Below, piece after piece: positions 1-10,347 of a stretch of DNA of 64,000 bases. The notes beneath the pieces are model-generated. The model was given only the letters and a program-made list of their open reading frames with translations, did not search any database and was not told the DNA's origin. Position 1 is the stretch's first letter. Each line of letters starts with the position of its first letter. The position numbers and the translations under genes are program-made. The stretch is from positions 352,001 through 416,000 of the forward strand of contig JBQTHB010000002.1 in assembly GCA_052390235.1 (NCBI GenBank), in the 5' to 3' direction. Origin of the DNA: Deltaproteobacteria bacterium. Lineage in GTDB: Bacteria; Desulfobacterota_D; UBA1144; Nemesobacterales; CSP1-2.

Positions 1-858
1 TTGAGAAAACTCCTCAGGGAGGGCAAGCTCGACGACCGCTACGTTGACGTCGAGACAACGTCCAAAAACTCGCCGATACAGCTATTTAGCCCATCCGGCG
101 TCGAAGAGATGGACGTGAACATCTCTGATATGCTCGGAAACCTCTTCCCGAAGAAAACCAAGAAGAGAAAGGTGAAAGTCCCGGAGGCGATAGAAATCCT
201 CGCCCAGCAGGAAGCCGACAAGCTCATTGACATGGACAAGGTCATAAAGCTCGCCATCGAGAGGGTCGAGCAGGCGGGGATTATTTTTATTGACGAGATT
301 GATAAAATCGCAGGACGAGAGAGCGCCGCAGGGCCCGACGTATCGCGCGAGGGCGTGCAGAGGGATTTACTGCCCATCATCGAGGGATGCACGGTCAACA
401 CCAAGCACGGAATGGTCAAAACAGACCACGTGCTTTTTGTCGCCGCAGGGGCGTTTCACGTCTCAAAACCCTCCGACCTCATCCCGGAGCTTCAGGGCAG
501 ATTTCCCATCAGAGTGGAACTCGACCCGCTCACGAAAGAGGATTTCATCGGGATTCTCACCGAGCCTAAAAACGCCCTCATAAAGCAATATATAGAACTC
601 CTCGGCACGGAAAATATCGAACTCGTCTTCAAGTCCGACGCCATCTCCGAGATTGCCGACATTGCCGCCCAAGTGAACGAGTCAAACGAGAACATAGGCG
701 CCAGGAGGCTCCATACAATCATCGAGAAAATCATCGAGGAGATTTCGTTCAACGCCCCTGATATGCCGAAAGAAAAGGTCGTGATAGACGCCAAGTACGT
801 CAGGGACAAGGTTGCGGATATTGTCAAGGACAGAGACCTGAGCCGCTATATTCTCTAA
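1..858 (+). CDS. hslU: ATP-dependent protease ATPase subunit HslU (5'-truncated by window edge)
   Basis: Motifs [45 protein letters not shown] and C-terminal DLSRYIL. Confidence 0.97.
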   Translation: MRKLLREGKLDDRYVDVETTSKNSPIQLFSPSGVEEMDVNISDMLGNLFPKKTKKRKVKVPEAIEILAQQEADKLIDMDKVIKLAIERVEQAGIIFIDEIDKIAGRESAAGPDVSREGVQRDLLPIIEGCTVNTKHGMVKTDHVLFVAAGAFHVSKPSDLIPELQGRFPIRVELDPLTKEDFIGILTEPKNALIKQYIELLGTENIELVFKSDAISEIADIAAQVNESNENIGARRLHTIIEKIIEEISFNAPDMPKEKVVIDAKYVRDKVADIVKDRDLSRYIL

Positions 859-882
859 ATCGGCTTGGGGGCGCATAAGGCG

Positions 883-1608
883 CTAAATTTTTGACTGCCA
901 GATGGCTCTGCCGATGAAAAAGGGCCCCAGTTTCTCCAAGTACATAGAAGTTTGCTTGGTTTTGCGCATCGTCTGGATTAGAGCCGAGAGCGGGTAAAGC
1001 TCCCTGCCCAGCACTCCGATGACGAAGTCGTTGTCGCTTCTGTCCAGCCCGTGGCAGGCGAGGCGTATGTCTCTGGCAAATCCCGCTTTACCGAATTTAA
1101 ACCCGATTTTGCCGTGTTCCCCTAAAACTGCCCTCTGCTCGCCCTCAGTCAAATTTTCAAAATTTTTGGCTCTCTGAAGCGGATACCAAATCGCCCAGGG
1201 AGTCGCCCCATCCAGCGCCTTGCGGCGAGGCTCGGCTATGAGAGTTGCGTGGAGGTCGGGTTCATAGCCGAGGGAATATGTCCTGCCGAACATCGCGTAT
1301 TCGCCCTTCTGAGTGAGCTGCGAGAACGGCGGCTCGTTTAATATCTCCCTCAGCCGCGAGACGAAGAAATCCGCATCTTCGCTCATGGCAATTAGCCCGA
1401 TTCCCCTGGCGTCGTTGGCATCGGCGTAGAGGGCGGCGTCAATCCCGGAGTCTTCTAGAGCGCGGGCGAGGGGTTTTGCGTCTCGGCATCCCCCGAACGC
1501 CGTAAACTGCATAAACAGCCTGCGGTCGAGGGCGAGCGGGCTTCCGTCTTTAGCTCTGCCGCGCTCCGAGAGGTCGAGTTGTTTGTCGTCGTCAAGATAA
1601 TCTGCCAT
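883..1608 (-). CDS. Chlorite dismutase / coproheme decarboxylase family heme protein
   Basis: WYPLQRAK...EHGKIG (proximal His), IRLACHGLD-x-DNDFVIG, LGPFFIGR; AAGGAG SD upstream. Confidence 0.75.
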   Translation of the reverse strand: MADYLDDDKQLDLSERGRAKDGSPLALDRRLFMQFTAFGGCRDAKPLARALEDSGIDAALYADANDARGIGLIAMSEDADFFVSRLREILNEPPFSQLTQKGEYAMFGRTYSLGYEPDLHATLIAEPRRKALDGATPWAIWYPLQRAKNFENLTEGEQRAVLGEHGKIGFKFGKAGFARDIRLACHGLDRSDNDFVIGVLGRELYPLSALIQTMRKTKQTSMYLEKLGPFFIGRAIWQSKI

Positions 1609-1995
1609 CTGCGTGGATTCTCCTTTGTGCGGATAAATATAACCGTCCTAGAGGATTTTTCGACTTCGAGATTTCAGTATATTCCCCGCAATCAATAGGG
1701 ATAAAAATAGAGCCGCAAAGCCGCGCTAGGAAACACGATAAACGACAATATGACAGAATGAGATTTCTCGCCGCAGGCTCAGGGGATGACACCCTCCGCC
1801 GTCATTTTGGCTCCCCGCCCGATGAGATGGGAAAATCGCTCCAGATGGCGTTTGAGCCTTCGCCGCTAGCCCCCAATGCCCGGAAAAATGCCGCTGTTTT
1901 TTGGGAATTCCTCGCCCCCTTTTTGGTTATTGAAAGAAAGTCAATTTGCTATATAATAAAACCCTTATCTTTTTTTGAGGGTGAATCGAGAGAGA

Positions 1996-2877
1996 ATGAA
2001 AGAGCTAATAAAAAAAGCCGAAATTCTGGTGGAGGCGCTTCCCTATATCAGGGAATTTTACGGCAAAACAATAGTCGTTAAATACGGCGGCAGCATCGGC
2101 GGCGCGGAGCTTCAAAATTTTGCCCGCGACATAGTGCTTATGAGCTACGTGGGGATGAATCCCGTGGTAGTTCACGGGGGCGGCCCGCAAATTGGAAACC
2201 TGCTCGGCAAACTGGGTATGAAATCCCAGTTCGTCGCAGGGCTGAGGGTTACCGACCAGCCCACGATGGAGGTGGTCGAGATGGTTCTCGTAGGCAAGGT
2301 CAACCAAGAGATAATCTCGGTTATAAACTCGCTTGGCGGAAATGCCGTCGGAGCGTCGGGAAAAGAGGGAAAAATCTTAACCGCAAAGAAGCTGGATCTG
2401 TCTCGCTTTGCTCTGGAACACGGGATTGAAATCCCCGAAGACGTAGATTTAGGCATGGTCGGCGATATTGAGCGCGTGAATCCCCACCTCATAAAGGTAT
2501 TAGACGACGCCGGTTTTATTCCCGTGATAGCGCCGATTGGGTTCGACGAACATGGAAACACCTATAACATCAACGCAGACCACGTTGCCGGAAGCATTGC
2601 GGCGGCGCTCAAAGCTGAAAAATTCATCCTCATGACGGACGTTCCCGGCATTCTCGATGAAAATAAGGCGCTGATTTCATCCATCAACGAGGTTTCGGCG
2701 AGGGATTTGATTAAAAAAGGTGTCATCTCGCGCGGGATGATACCAAAGGTCATGTGCGCGATAGAAGCCCTCCAGAGGGGGGTACACAAGACTCATATAA
2801 TTGATGGCAGAGTCGAACACGCGCTCATCCTCGAAATATTCACTGACGCCGGAGTCGGCACGGAGATAGTGCTTTGA
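1996..2877 (+). CDS. argB: Acetylglutamate kinase
   Basis: VVKYGGS, VVVHGGGPQI, GLRVTD, NINADHVA, GMIPKV; first gene of argBDF. Confidence 0.96.
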   Translation: MKELIKKAEILVEALPYIREFYGKTIVVKYGGSIGGAELQNFARDIVLMSYVGMNPVVVHGGGPQIGNLLGKLGMKSQFVAGLRVTDQPTMEVVEMVLVGKVNQEIISVINSLGGNAVGASGKEGKILTAKKLDLSRFALEHGIEIPEDVDLGMVGDIERVNPHLIKVLDDAGFIPVIAPIGFDEHGNTYNINADHVAGSIAAALKAEKFILMTDVPGILDENKALISSINEVSARDLIKKGVISRGMIPKVMCAIEALQRGVHKTHIIDGRVEHALILEIFTDAGVGTEIVL

Positions 2878-4073
2878 CCACCGAGGCGATAATTCAGAAA
2901 TTCGAGCGCTACGTGGTGCATAATTACGGGAGATTCCCATTGGCGATAGCGCGAGGGGAAGGCTCTTGGGTGTGGGATGTCGAAGGGAAGAGGTATCTGG
3001 ATTTCATCTGCGGCATCGCGGTGAACAACCTCGGACACCGCCACCCGGCCGTCGCCCGCGCCATCGAAGAGCAATTGGGCAGGCTCGTTCACGTCTCGAA
3101 CCTCTTTCATATAGAGCCTCAGGCAAATCTTGCCGAACTCCTCGTTGAGAATTCCATTCGGGGCGCGAAGGCGTTTTTCTGCAACAGCGGCACGGAGGCA
3201 AACGAGGCGGCTATTAAGATGGCGAGGAAATGGGGCGCGGCTAACGGGGGGAAATATAAAATTCTCTCCGCCTTAGGCTCATTTCACGGGCGCACACTGG
3301 GGTCTCTGAGCGCGACGGGGCAGAGGAAATATCAAAGAGGATTTGCGCCGCTTGTGCCGGGGTTTAAATTTGTCCCCTATGGAGACGCCGAGAGGGTCGA
3401 GCGCGCCCTTAGGGATGAGAAATTCTGCGCCGTCATCGCCGAGCCGATACAGGGCGAGGGCGGGGTGAATATCCCCTCGGACGACTACCTGCCGAAACTG
3501 CGCGAAATCTGCACGCGCCGCGGGGCGCTTCTCATACTCGATGAGATTCAGGTCGGGCTTGGGCGGACAGGGCGTATGTTCGCCTACCAGCGCTCCGGCA
3601 TCGAGCCTGACATTATTACGCTTGCCAAGGCCCTTGGCGGAGGGATTCCCTGCGGAGCGGTAATTGCCACGGATGATGCCGCGATGTACCTCACTCCCGG
3701 CTCCCACGGGACGACTTTGGGGGGAAACCCGCTTGCGATGAGCGCCGGGTGCGCCGTCGTCCGTACGATTTTAGATGAGGGGCTACTCGATAACGCCGCT
3801 CGGATGGGGGAGTATTTCCTCGGAAAACTCCGCGCCCTGAAACTCGCCCATGGAGATACGGTGAGGGATGCCAGGGGCAGGGGGCTTATTCTCGGCGTCG
3901 AACTGTTCGATGGAGATATTGCCAAGCGCGCCGTGAGAAAATCCCTCAACAACGGACTCCTCGCAATTCTCACCGAGGAGAGGGTGATTAGACTTCTGCC
4001 TCCGCTCAATGTACGCGCGGATGAAATTGACTTCGCCGTTGAAACTCTGGATAAATCCATTCGGGAGGCTTAA
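2874..4073 (+). CDS. argD: Acetylornithine aminotransferase
   Basis: NSGTEANE, SFHGRT, EPIQGEGG, DEIQVGLGRTG, AKALGGG (PLP Lys); overlaps argB stop. Confidence 0.95.
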   Translation: MTTEAIIQKFERYVVHNYGRFPLAIARGEGSWVWDVEGKRYLDFICGIAVNNLGHRHPAVARAIEEQLGRLVHVSNLFHIEPQANLAELLVENSIRGAKAFFCNSGTEANEAAIKMARKWGAANGGKYKILSALGSFHGRTLGSLSATGQRKYQRGFAPLVPGFKFVPYGDAERVERALRDEKFCAVIAEPIQGEGGVNIPSDDYLPKLREICTRRGALLILDEIQVGLGRTGRMFAYQRSGIEPDIITLAKALGGGIPCGAVIATDDAAMYLTPGSHGTTLGGNPLAMSAGCAVVRTILDEGLLDNAARMGEYFLGKLRALKLAHGDTVRDARGRGLILGVELFDGDIAKRAVRKSLNNGLLAILTEERVIRLLPPLNVRADEIDFAVETLDKSIREA

Positions 4074-4075
4074 AA

Positions 4076-4993
4076 ATGGGCAGAAATCTCCTAAGCATAT
4101 TTGACCTCGAAAGAGCCGAAATCGAATTCCTGATACGCAGGACTTTCGAGCTTAAGTCGTCTAAACGAAAGAGATTTTATGAAACCATCCTGAGCCGCAA
4201 AACCGTAGGACTCATCTTCGAGAAGCACTCAACCCGCACCCGCATCTCCTTCGAGGTGGGAGCGCTTGACCTTGGCGGAAGCCCAATTTACATAAGCTCC
4301 CGCGATACTCAGCTTGGCAGGGGCGAGACAATTGCCGACACCGCGCGCGTGCTATCTGGCTACTTAGATGGGGTCGTCATTAGAACCTACGGGCAGGAGC
4401 GAATAGAGGAGTTTGCCCGATATTCCACAATTCCCGTAATCAATGCCCTGACAGACCTCGAGCATCCGTGCCAAATCCTGACTGACGTTTTTACCGTCGT
4501 CGAATGCGGCAAGGAGCTGTCGAAAATGAAATTCGCCTACATTGGCGACGGCAATAACATCACCAATTCCCTCATCGGAGCGGCGGGGATAATGGGATTT
4601 CACCTCGCAGTTGCCACTCCCAAGGGCTATGAACCCGATGCTGAAATCCTGCGAAGGGCGGGGCAATATCCATCAGGAGCGAAAATCGAACTCACAGACG
4701 ACCCCAGCGAAGCCGCCCTCGGAGCGGACGTTCTCTACACGGACGTTTGGGTGAGCATGGGCCAGGACGACACGAGAGAAGAGCGACTTAGGGTTTTCAG
4801 ACCCTATCAGATAAACGGCTCGCTCCTACACCTGGCAAAGCGGGATGCCATTGTGATGCACTGCCTGCCGGCGCACCGCGGGGAGGAGATTACGGACGAC
4901 GTGGTGGACGGGGCAAATTCAGTTGTTTTCCAGCAAGCTGAGAACCGCCTGCACATGGGCAAAGCCGTGCTTGAGATGTGCATCGGGGGCTGA
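4076..4993 (+). CDS. argF: Ornithine carbamoyltransferase
   Basis: STRTRISF, HPCQ, DVWVSMG, HCLPAHRG motifs. Confidence 0.97.
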   Translation: MGRNLLSIFDLERAEIEFLIRRTFELKSSKRKRFYETILSRKTVGLIFEKHSTRTRISFEVGALDLGGSPIYISSRDTQLGRGETIADTARVLSGYLDGVVIRTYGQERIEEFARYSTIPVINALTDLEHPCQILTDVFTVVECGKELSKMKFAYIGDGNNITNSLIGAAGIMGFHLAVATPKGYEPDAEILRRAGQYPSGAKIELTDDPSEAALGADVLYTDVWVSMGQDDTREERLRVFRPYQINGSLLHLAKRDAIVMHCLPAHRGEEITDDVVDGANSVVFQQAENRLHMGKAVLEMCIGG

Positions 4994-5124
4994 CTCCGCC
5001 ATTAGAGACGGTTGAGGAGGGTGTCTGTCCACTCCCGGATATGCCCTGAGATAGGGTCGGTTTATTCGCCTAGAGCGATGTGTTATAGTTGATAATTAAG
5101 CGCGCTCAAAAGGAGGGTTTACTC

Positions 5125-5346
5125 ATGTCGGGACAAGGATCCGGCGGGAATGTTCTTGCCGCGCTCTGCAGTTTATTCATCCCAGGTCTCGGTCAACTGT
5201 TGCAGGGGCGCTTGCTTATTGCAGTGGTTCAGTTCGTGCTTGCGGCGATTCTGTGGTTTTTCCTGCTCGGGTGGCTAATTCACCTATGGTCAATTCTCGA
5301 TGCCGCCCGATTTAAGCCGAGCGCCGCTCCCGACCAATCTGAATAG
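5125..5346 (+). CDS. Small membrane protein (FIPGLGQ motif)
   Basis: AAGGAGG SD before ATG 5125; hydrophobic 73 aa with ALCSLFIPGLGQLLQGR. Confidence 0.75.
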   Translation: MSGQGSGGNVLAALCSLFIPGLGQLLQGRLLIAVVQFVLAAILWFFLLGWLIHLWSILDAARFKPSAAPDQSE

Positions 5347-5398
5347 TGGTATTTATTCCTGCCGCGGCAAAAAAATTAGACGGAGGGCGCGAGAGAAT

Positions 5399-6949
5399 AT
5401 GCGACGAATCAGCGGTTCATTGCCGATTTCCCGATTATTATTATTGGCGATTTTCCTATCCCTAGCCCTCGGTATTCCCGCGCAGGCGCAAAGCCCTGCC
5501 GGAGACGCCGAGCAAAGAGCGGCGCGCCGCTTTGAGACCCTGCGCAAACGCCCTCCCCAGATGCTCGCCTTCCTAAGGGCCATGCCCAAGGGAGCGGACC
5601 TGCATAGCCACCTATCAGGCGCGGTTTATGCCGAATCCTATATTCAGTGGGCGGCCGATATGGGGCTGTGCGTAAATCAGGCGACGAGCGCCGTTGTGGA
5701 TCCTCCCTGCGACGCCGCTTCCGGGCAGATTCCAGCGGCATCTGCCCTTACGGACAACGCCCTCTACGCCAAATTAGTTGACGCATGGTCAATGCGCAAC
5801 TGGCGATATTCTGGGAAAACCGGACACGAGCAGTTCTTCGACTCGTTTGGGAAATTCGGCGGGGCTACTTCAGGCAACACGGGGCGGATGCTCGCCGAGG
5901 CGCTGTCCCGCGCCGCTAGGGGAGGGGTGCTTTATCTCGAATTGATGCTTACCCCAGACGGCTCGCTCTCCTCGAAGCTGGGGCGGACTGCGGGCTGGGA
6001 CGGGGACTTCCAAGGCGCTCTCGAAAAATTGAGCGTATTGGGCATTGGCAAGTCGCTCGAAATTGGAATTAAGACGATTCGAGACGCTGAGGCTGAGAAG
6101 AACCGGATTCTTGGGTGCGGCACGTCCGCCGCCGCCGAGGGGTGCAATGTCGAGGTTCGCTACATTGCCCAGGTGTCCCGCGGCAGTGATTTGGGGGCGG
6201 TATTCGCGCAGATGGTTTCGGGATTTGCCATTGCCAACGAGCCCGGGTCTAAGGTCGTCGCGCTCAATTTGGTTCAGCCTGAGGACTGGTTTTCATCAAT
6301 GAAGAATTTCCCCGCGCAGATGGAGATGCTCCGATATCTCCGCCCCCTGTATCCGAGGGCGAAAATCACCCTTCATGCCGGAGAACTCACCCCCGGAATA
6401 GCGCCGCCCGAAGCGCTCTCTTTTCACATTCGCGACTCAATCATGATAGGCGGGGCAAGCCGGATTGGACACGGAGTCGCCGTTATGAGCGAAGACGACC
6501 CCTACGGCCTGCTTCGGGAGATGGCAAAGCGGGGCGTAATGGTTGAAATCTGCCTTACGAGCAACGACGTGATTTTGGGAATCTCTAAAGAACGCCACCC
6601 GCTCCTGACTTATATCGAGTACGGCGTGCCTGTGGCTTTGGCGACGGACGACGAGGGGGTATCGCGCTCGGACATAACCCAGGAGTTTCTAAAAGCCGCC
6701 GAAGACCACGCTCTAGGCTATATTCAGCTCAAAGCTATGGCGAGGACGAGCCTTCAGCACGCCTTCATCGAGGGGGAGAGCCTATGGGCTGACGCAGTGA
6801 AATTCACCCCTGCCCCTCAGTGCCGAAGGGATTTCGCTGCCCGTAAGTTGCAGTCCCAAGCCTGCGAGGTATTCATAGGCGGAAGCGCGAAGGCGGCGCT
6901 CCAGTGGCGGCTCGAAGAGCGTTTTCGCGTTTTTGAGAGCGGATTTTGA
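5399..6949 (+). CDS. Secreted adenosine deaminase family protein
   Basis: Signal peptide (LLLLAIFLSLALGIPAQA); MPKGADLHSHLSG, HAGE, RIGHG, ATDD metal-binding motifs. Confidence 0.88.
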   Translation: MRRISGSLPISRLLLLAIFLSLALGIPAQAQSPAGDAEQRAARRFETLRKRPPQMLAFLRAMPKGADLHSHLSGAVYAESYIQWAADMGLCVNQATSAVVDPPCDAASGQIPAASALTDNALYAKLVDAWSMRNWRYSGKTGHEQFFDSFGKFGGATSGNTGRMLAEALSRAARGGVLYLELMLTPDGSLSSKLGRTAGWDGDFQGALEKLSVLGIGKSLEIGIKTIRDAEAEKNRILGCGTSAAAEGCNVEVRYIAQVSRGSDLGAVFAQMVSGFAIANEPGSKVVALNLVQPEDWFSSMKNFPAQMEMLRYLRPLYPRAKITLHAGELTPGIAPPEALSFHIRDSIMIGGASRIGHGVAVMSEDDPYGLLREMAKRGVMVEICLTSNDVILGISKERHPLLTYIEYGVPVALATDDEGVSRSDITQEFLKAAEDHALGYIQLKAMARTSLQHAFIEGESLWADAVKFTPAPQCRRDFAARKLQSQACEVFIGGSAKAALQWRLEERFRVFESGF

Positions 6950-6973
6950 GACTGCGTCTTATGTGCTATCTAG

Positions 6974-7060
6974 CGTAGAACCGAGCCCGGGGCGATGCTC
7001 CTGGTGGCTACGGGGCTACTCGGTCTTCTCGGCGCGGGTTTCCGGCGCAGAAGCGCGTAA
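6974..7060 (+). pseudogene. Orphan PEP-CTERM-like sorting tail remnant
   Basis: Translates RRTEPGAMLLVATGLLGLLGAGFRRRSA*, preceded by in-frame TAG at 6971. Confidence 0.5.
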
Positions 7061-7278
7061 AAAAATGCTATGAGAGGAGCGGGCAGGGCATCTAGCCGCT
7101 TCCCTTTTGCAATGGCACTTCATGATGCAAAGCGGAGTCGAGGTATGTCGTTCTCGCAAAAATGGGAATTCATGGCTCATCTCCGCTTACTATGAAGAAA
7201 AATGGACTCCTGCTCATGGGGACTACGGGATTTTGTCTGCCCCACTTCTCTCTGTCATTTTGAGCGGATAGATTCTAG

Positions 7279-9102
7279 CTACAAATACCCAAGCCGCCGT
7301 TTTAGCTCCTCGGCGGTTTTTTTTGTCATCTGCGGGAGGGAGGAAATCTGCTCAACCGATGCCGCCTTGATGCCCTCGATGCTTCCGAATCTCTTGAGGA
7401 GTAGCTCCTTCCGCCTCCCTCCGATGCCCGGAATCGAGTCAAGCTCGGATTCAAGAGCCTTCCTGCCCCGAAGCGTTTTGTGATAGGTGATGGCGAATCT
7501 GTGCGCCTCATCCCGAATCCGTATGAGCAGGAGTAGCTCCTCGGCTCTTGCGCCTAGGGAGAGCGGATTTTTCCTTCCTGGGACGTAGATTTTATCAATT
7601 TCGCCCTCGTCTCTGCCCTTCGCAATGGACGCAATGGCGACATTATCCTCGAGATTCGCCTCTTCGAGAGCCGCTTTGGCAACTGCGAGCTGTCCCTTGC
7701 CCCCGTCAATTAACATCAGCCCCGGAAGCCCCCATCCCGCCTCATTTGCCCTCTTCAGCCGCCTTGAAATCGCCTCAAAGAGCATCCCGTAGTCGTTTGC
7801 TCCGACGACGGTTTTAATCCTGAATTTTCTGTAGCGCGGCTTATCGGGCTTCCCATCGAGAAAACTCACCATTGAGGCTACGGCAAGGGCGCCTTGCGTG
7901 TTCGATATATCGAAGCACTCGATTCTTGACGGCGCTTGGTCGAGCAGGAGTGAATCCCTCAATTTCAGCAATAGTTCGGATTCGCTTCGCCTCTCGCGGG
8001 ATTTGCGCTTAAAACTCTCCTGGGCGTTTCTTCGGGCAAGTTCCATGAGTTTCACCCTTGCCCCTCGCTTTGGGGCGGCGATTTTAACTGCCCTGCCCAA
8101 TTTCTCGGATAATAATCCCTCAAGCTCCGAAACCCCCTCGAATTCAGCGGGAACGAGAATTTCGGGCGGAATAAACTTCTCCCCTCCGTAGAACCGCTCC
8201 AGAAATTCCCTTAATATCTCCCCATCCTCCCACGCCGCCTTATCAAACGAGTATTCGGCTTTGTCAATTATCGCCCCGCCGCGCGAGAACAGGACGACAA
8301 ACTCCACGCGCTCGCCCTCTCTGCAGTATCCCACAATGTCCTTATCGGTAACGCTTGCCGAGATGAGCCGCTCTACGTCTAAGTGCTTCTGTAGGAGTTT
8401 TATTTGGTCTCTGTAGTGTGCGGCGTCTTCATAGCGCATATCGTCCGAGGCTGATGCCATGTTTTTTTTAAGCAGTTTTATCACCTCGCGGATTTCGCCC
8501 TTGAGGAAAAGGCGGGCGGCGCTGGCAATTTCCCTGTAGCTCTGCTCATTGATTTTTGCGGCGCAGGGGGCGGCGCAGGTTTTGATGTGAAAATTGAGGC
8601 AGGGCCTGTCTCTGTGGCGGTGGAATTTCTCATCCGAGCAGTCGCGGAGGGGAAAAATTCTATGTATCAGCCGTTTTGTCTGCCTCATCGCGTCCCCAGA
8701 TGCGAAAGGGCCAAAGTACGTGGCTCCGTCGGGGGCGACGCGCCTTGTGTAGGTGAGCTTGGCGAATTGCGCGCGCGGGGGGTCTAATCTCAAAGACGCG
8801 TAGTTTTTATCGTCCTTGAGGAGGATGTTGTACTTGGGTTTATGCTTTTTTATTAGGGCGTTCTCAAGCGCTAGGGCTTCGCGCTCGCTTCCCGTAACTA
8901 GGTAGTCGAGGTCGGTTATCTCGCTTAGAATATAGGGGATTTGGGGGCGTGCGTCGCCTGAGCCGCGTTGAAAGTACGACCGGACTCGGTGGCGTATGCT
9001 CTTTGCCTTGCCAATATAAATCGCCGCGCCTTGGGAGTTTTTCATGAGATATACCCCTGTGGAGTCGGGAAGGGATTTCAGCAATTCGGGGATTATGGGC
9101 AT
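7279..9102 (-). CDS. uvrC: Excinuclease ABC subunit C
   Basis: GVYLMK...YIGKAK GIY-YIG domain, IECFDISN, LIDGGKGQ, RDEAHRFA, C-terminal HhH. Confidence 0.97.
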   Translation of the reverse strand: MPIIPELLKSLPDSTGVYLMKNSQGAAIYIGKAKSIRHRVRSYFQRGSGDARPQIPYILSEITDLDYLVTGSEREALALENALIKKHKPKYNILLKDDKNYASLRLDPPRAQFAKLTYTRRVAPDGATYFGPFASGDAMRQTKRLIHRIFPLRDCSDEKFHRHRDRPCLNFHIKTCAAPCAAKINEQSYREIASAARLFLKGEIREVIKLLKKNMASASDDMRYEDAAHYRDQIKLLQKHLDVERLISASVTDKDIVGYCREGERVEFVVLFSRGGAIIDKAEYSFDKAAWEDGEILREFLERFYGGEKFIPPEILVPAEFEGVSELEGLLSEKLGRAVKIAAPKRGARVKLMELARRNAQESFKRKSRERRSESELLLKLRDSLLLDQAPSRIECFDISNTQGALAVASMVSFLDGKPDKPRYRKFRIKTVVGANDYGMLFEAISRRLKRANEAGWGLPGLMLIDGGKGQLAVAKAALEEANLEDNVAIASIAKGRDEGEIDKIYVPGRKNPLSLGARAEELLLLIRIRDEAHRFAITYHKTLRGRKALESELDSIPGIGGRRKELLLKRFGSIEGIKAASVEQISSLPQMTKKTAEELKRRLGYL

Positions 9103-9258
9103 GGGAGATATTCTATACGATTTCTGGGCGCAGGGGATTAGCCCATGTCGGGGAGCAGATAGAGCGCGCAAATATCTCATTAATTGCAAGCGTTTAGATA
9201 CGTATCTCTAATTAGAATGATTAATCCTCAGGGCGGAGTGCGCCAGAGGTTTGAGAAT

Positions 9259-9344
9259 TGCCCGGGGCCGGGGTCGAACCGGCACGGGCCGTGAAGCCCA
9301 TTGGATTTTAAGTCCAATGCGTCTGCCTATTTCGCCACCCGGGC
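9259..9344 (-). tRNA. tRNA-Leu (anticodon TAA)
   Basis: Reverse complement GCCCGGGTGGCGAAATAGGCAGACGCA-TTGGA-CT-TAA-AA-TCCAA, long variable arm, GGTTCGACCCC T-arm. Confidence 0.95.
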
Positions 9345-9355
9345 TTGGGATTTTT

Positions 9356-9430
9356 TGGAGGCGGCGCCCGGAATCGAACCGGGGTATTGCGGTTTTGCAG
9401 ACCGCTGCCTTACCTCTTGGCTACGCCGCC
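9356..9430 (-). tRNA. tRNA-Cys (anticodon GCA)
   Basis: Reverse complement GGCGGCGTAGCCAAGAGGTAAGGCA-GCGGT-CT-GCA-AA-ACCGC...GGTTCGATTCC...CCA. Confidence 0.96.
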
Positions 9431-9663
9431 CCATAAAAATTGAGAATACTATTTTGACCTACTTACAAACCCTTTTCAAGGTGATTGTTGAAATCGTCCT
9501 CCGAAGCCCTAAGGGGAGTTTCCCTATCTATACCGTCATGAGGCGCGGCCAAGTCCGAGGGAATCGAAGTGATTCGTCTCGGAGCGGATTTCCCAACCTT
9601 TAAAATTCACTGCCAACTGGATTTAACTTGCAGATTGAAAACTTATTCAGTTGAGAAAATACC

Positions 9664-9691
9664 TTGACAGAGTTTGTGATTATGATATAAA
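9664..9691 (+). promoter_or_regulatory. Putative sigma70 promoter of act operon
   Basis: TTGACA at 9664 and TGATATAAA (extended -10-like) about 75 nt upstream of actA. Confidence 0.5.
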
Positions 9692-9765
9692 TACTAGCGT
9701 TTTTTAGCGGTTCTTTTGAACATTCCGAAATATACTTCACAAGTTTAGAGTCAAAGGGAATAGAG

Positions 9766-10335
9766 ATGAGAAAATGGGTGAAAATTCTGCCGTTTGTACT
9801 GCTTGCCGTTGTAGCTCCCCTAGGGTTTTATTTCTATCCGAAAGCCGAAAGTAGCCCCAAAGGACCTCAGCAACCCATAGTATTTAGCCACAAAATACAC
9901 GCCACAGAAAATCAAATTCCCTGCCAGTACTGCCACAGCTACGTCGGCAAGGCGGAGCTTCCTGGGATTCCATCAATGCAGAAATGTATGGGATGCCACA
10001 CTCAGGTTGCCGGACAGGACGTGGATTACGAGTACGAGGGCGGAAAAATCAATATCAAACAGGAAATTCAGAAGCTGAGAGACTATTGGGATAAAAAGAC
10101 CCCTATCGCGTGGACTAAGGTTCATTATCTGCCGGAACACGTTCATTTCAATCACAAACGCCACATTAAACGCGGTTTTGAGTGCAAGACCTGCCACGGA
10201 GAGGTCGAGAAAATGGACGTCGTCCATCGCGTTAATAAACTTGAGATGGGCTGGTGTATAGGCTGCCACACGGAAAACGCCAAGAACGAGCAGGAGTTAA
10301 CTCAGCTTAGAGATTGCCTGACCTGTCATTATTAA
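9766..10335 (+). CDS. actA: Alternative complex III pentaheme cytochrome c subunit
   Basis: N-terminal TM; five CxxCH (CQYCH, CMGCH, CKTCH, CIGCH, CLTCH); PQQPIVFSHKIH, MGWC. Confidence 0.9.
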   Translation: MRKWVKILPFVLLAVVAPLGFYFYPKAESSPKGPQQPIVFSHKIHATENQIPCQYCHSYVGKAELPGIPSMQKCMGCHTQVAGQDVDYEYEGGKINIKQEIQKLRDYWDKKTPIAWTKVHYLPEHVHFNHKRHIKRGFECKTCHGEVEKMDVVHRVNKLEMGWCIGCHTENAKNEQELTQLRDCLTCHY

Positions 10336-10347
10336 GTTGGAGGAGAA

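Noticed and set aside
9259..9430. tRNAs as an integration site for an island or prophage
   Set aside because: No integrase and no duplicated tRNA 3' end seen in the window.
9251..9603. ORFs 9251-9436 and 9301-9603
   Set aside because: They are antisense shadows of the tRNA-Leu and tRNA-Cys genes.
9673..9742. Rex/FNR-like boxes upstream of actA
   Set aside because: Only half sites (TTGTGA, TTCACAA) that do not form a correctly spaced palindrome.
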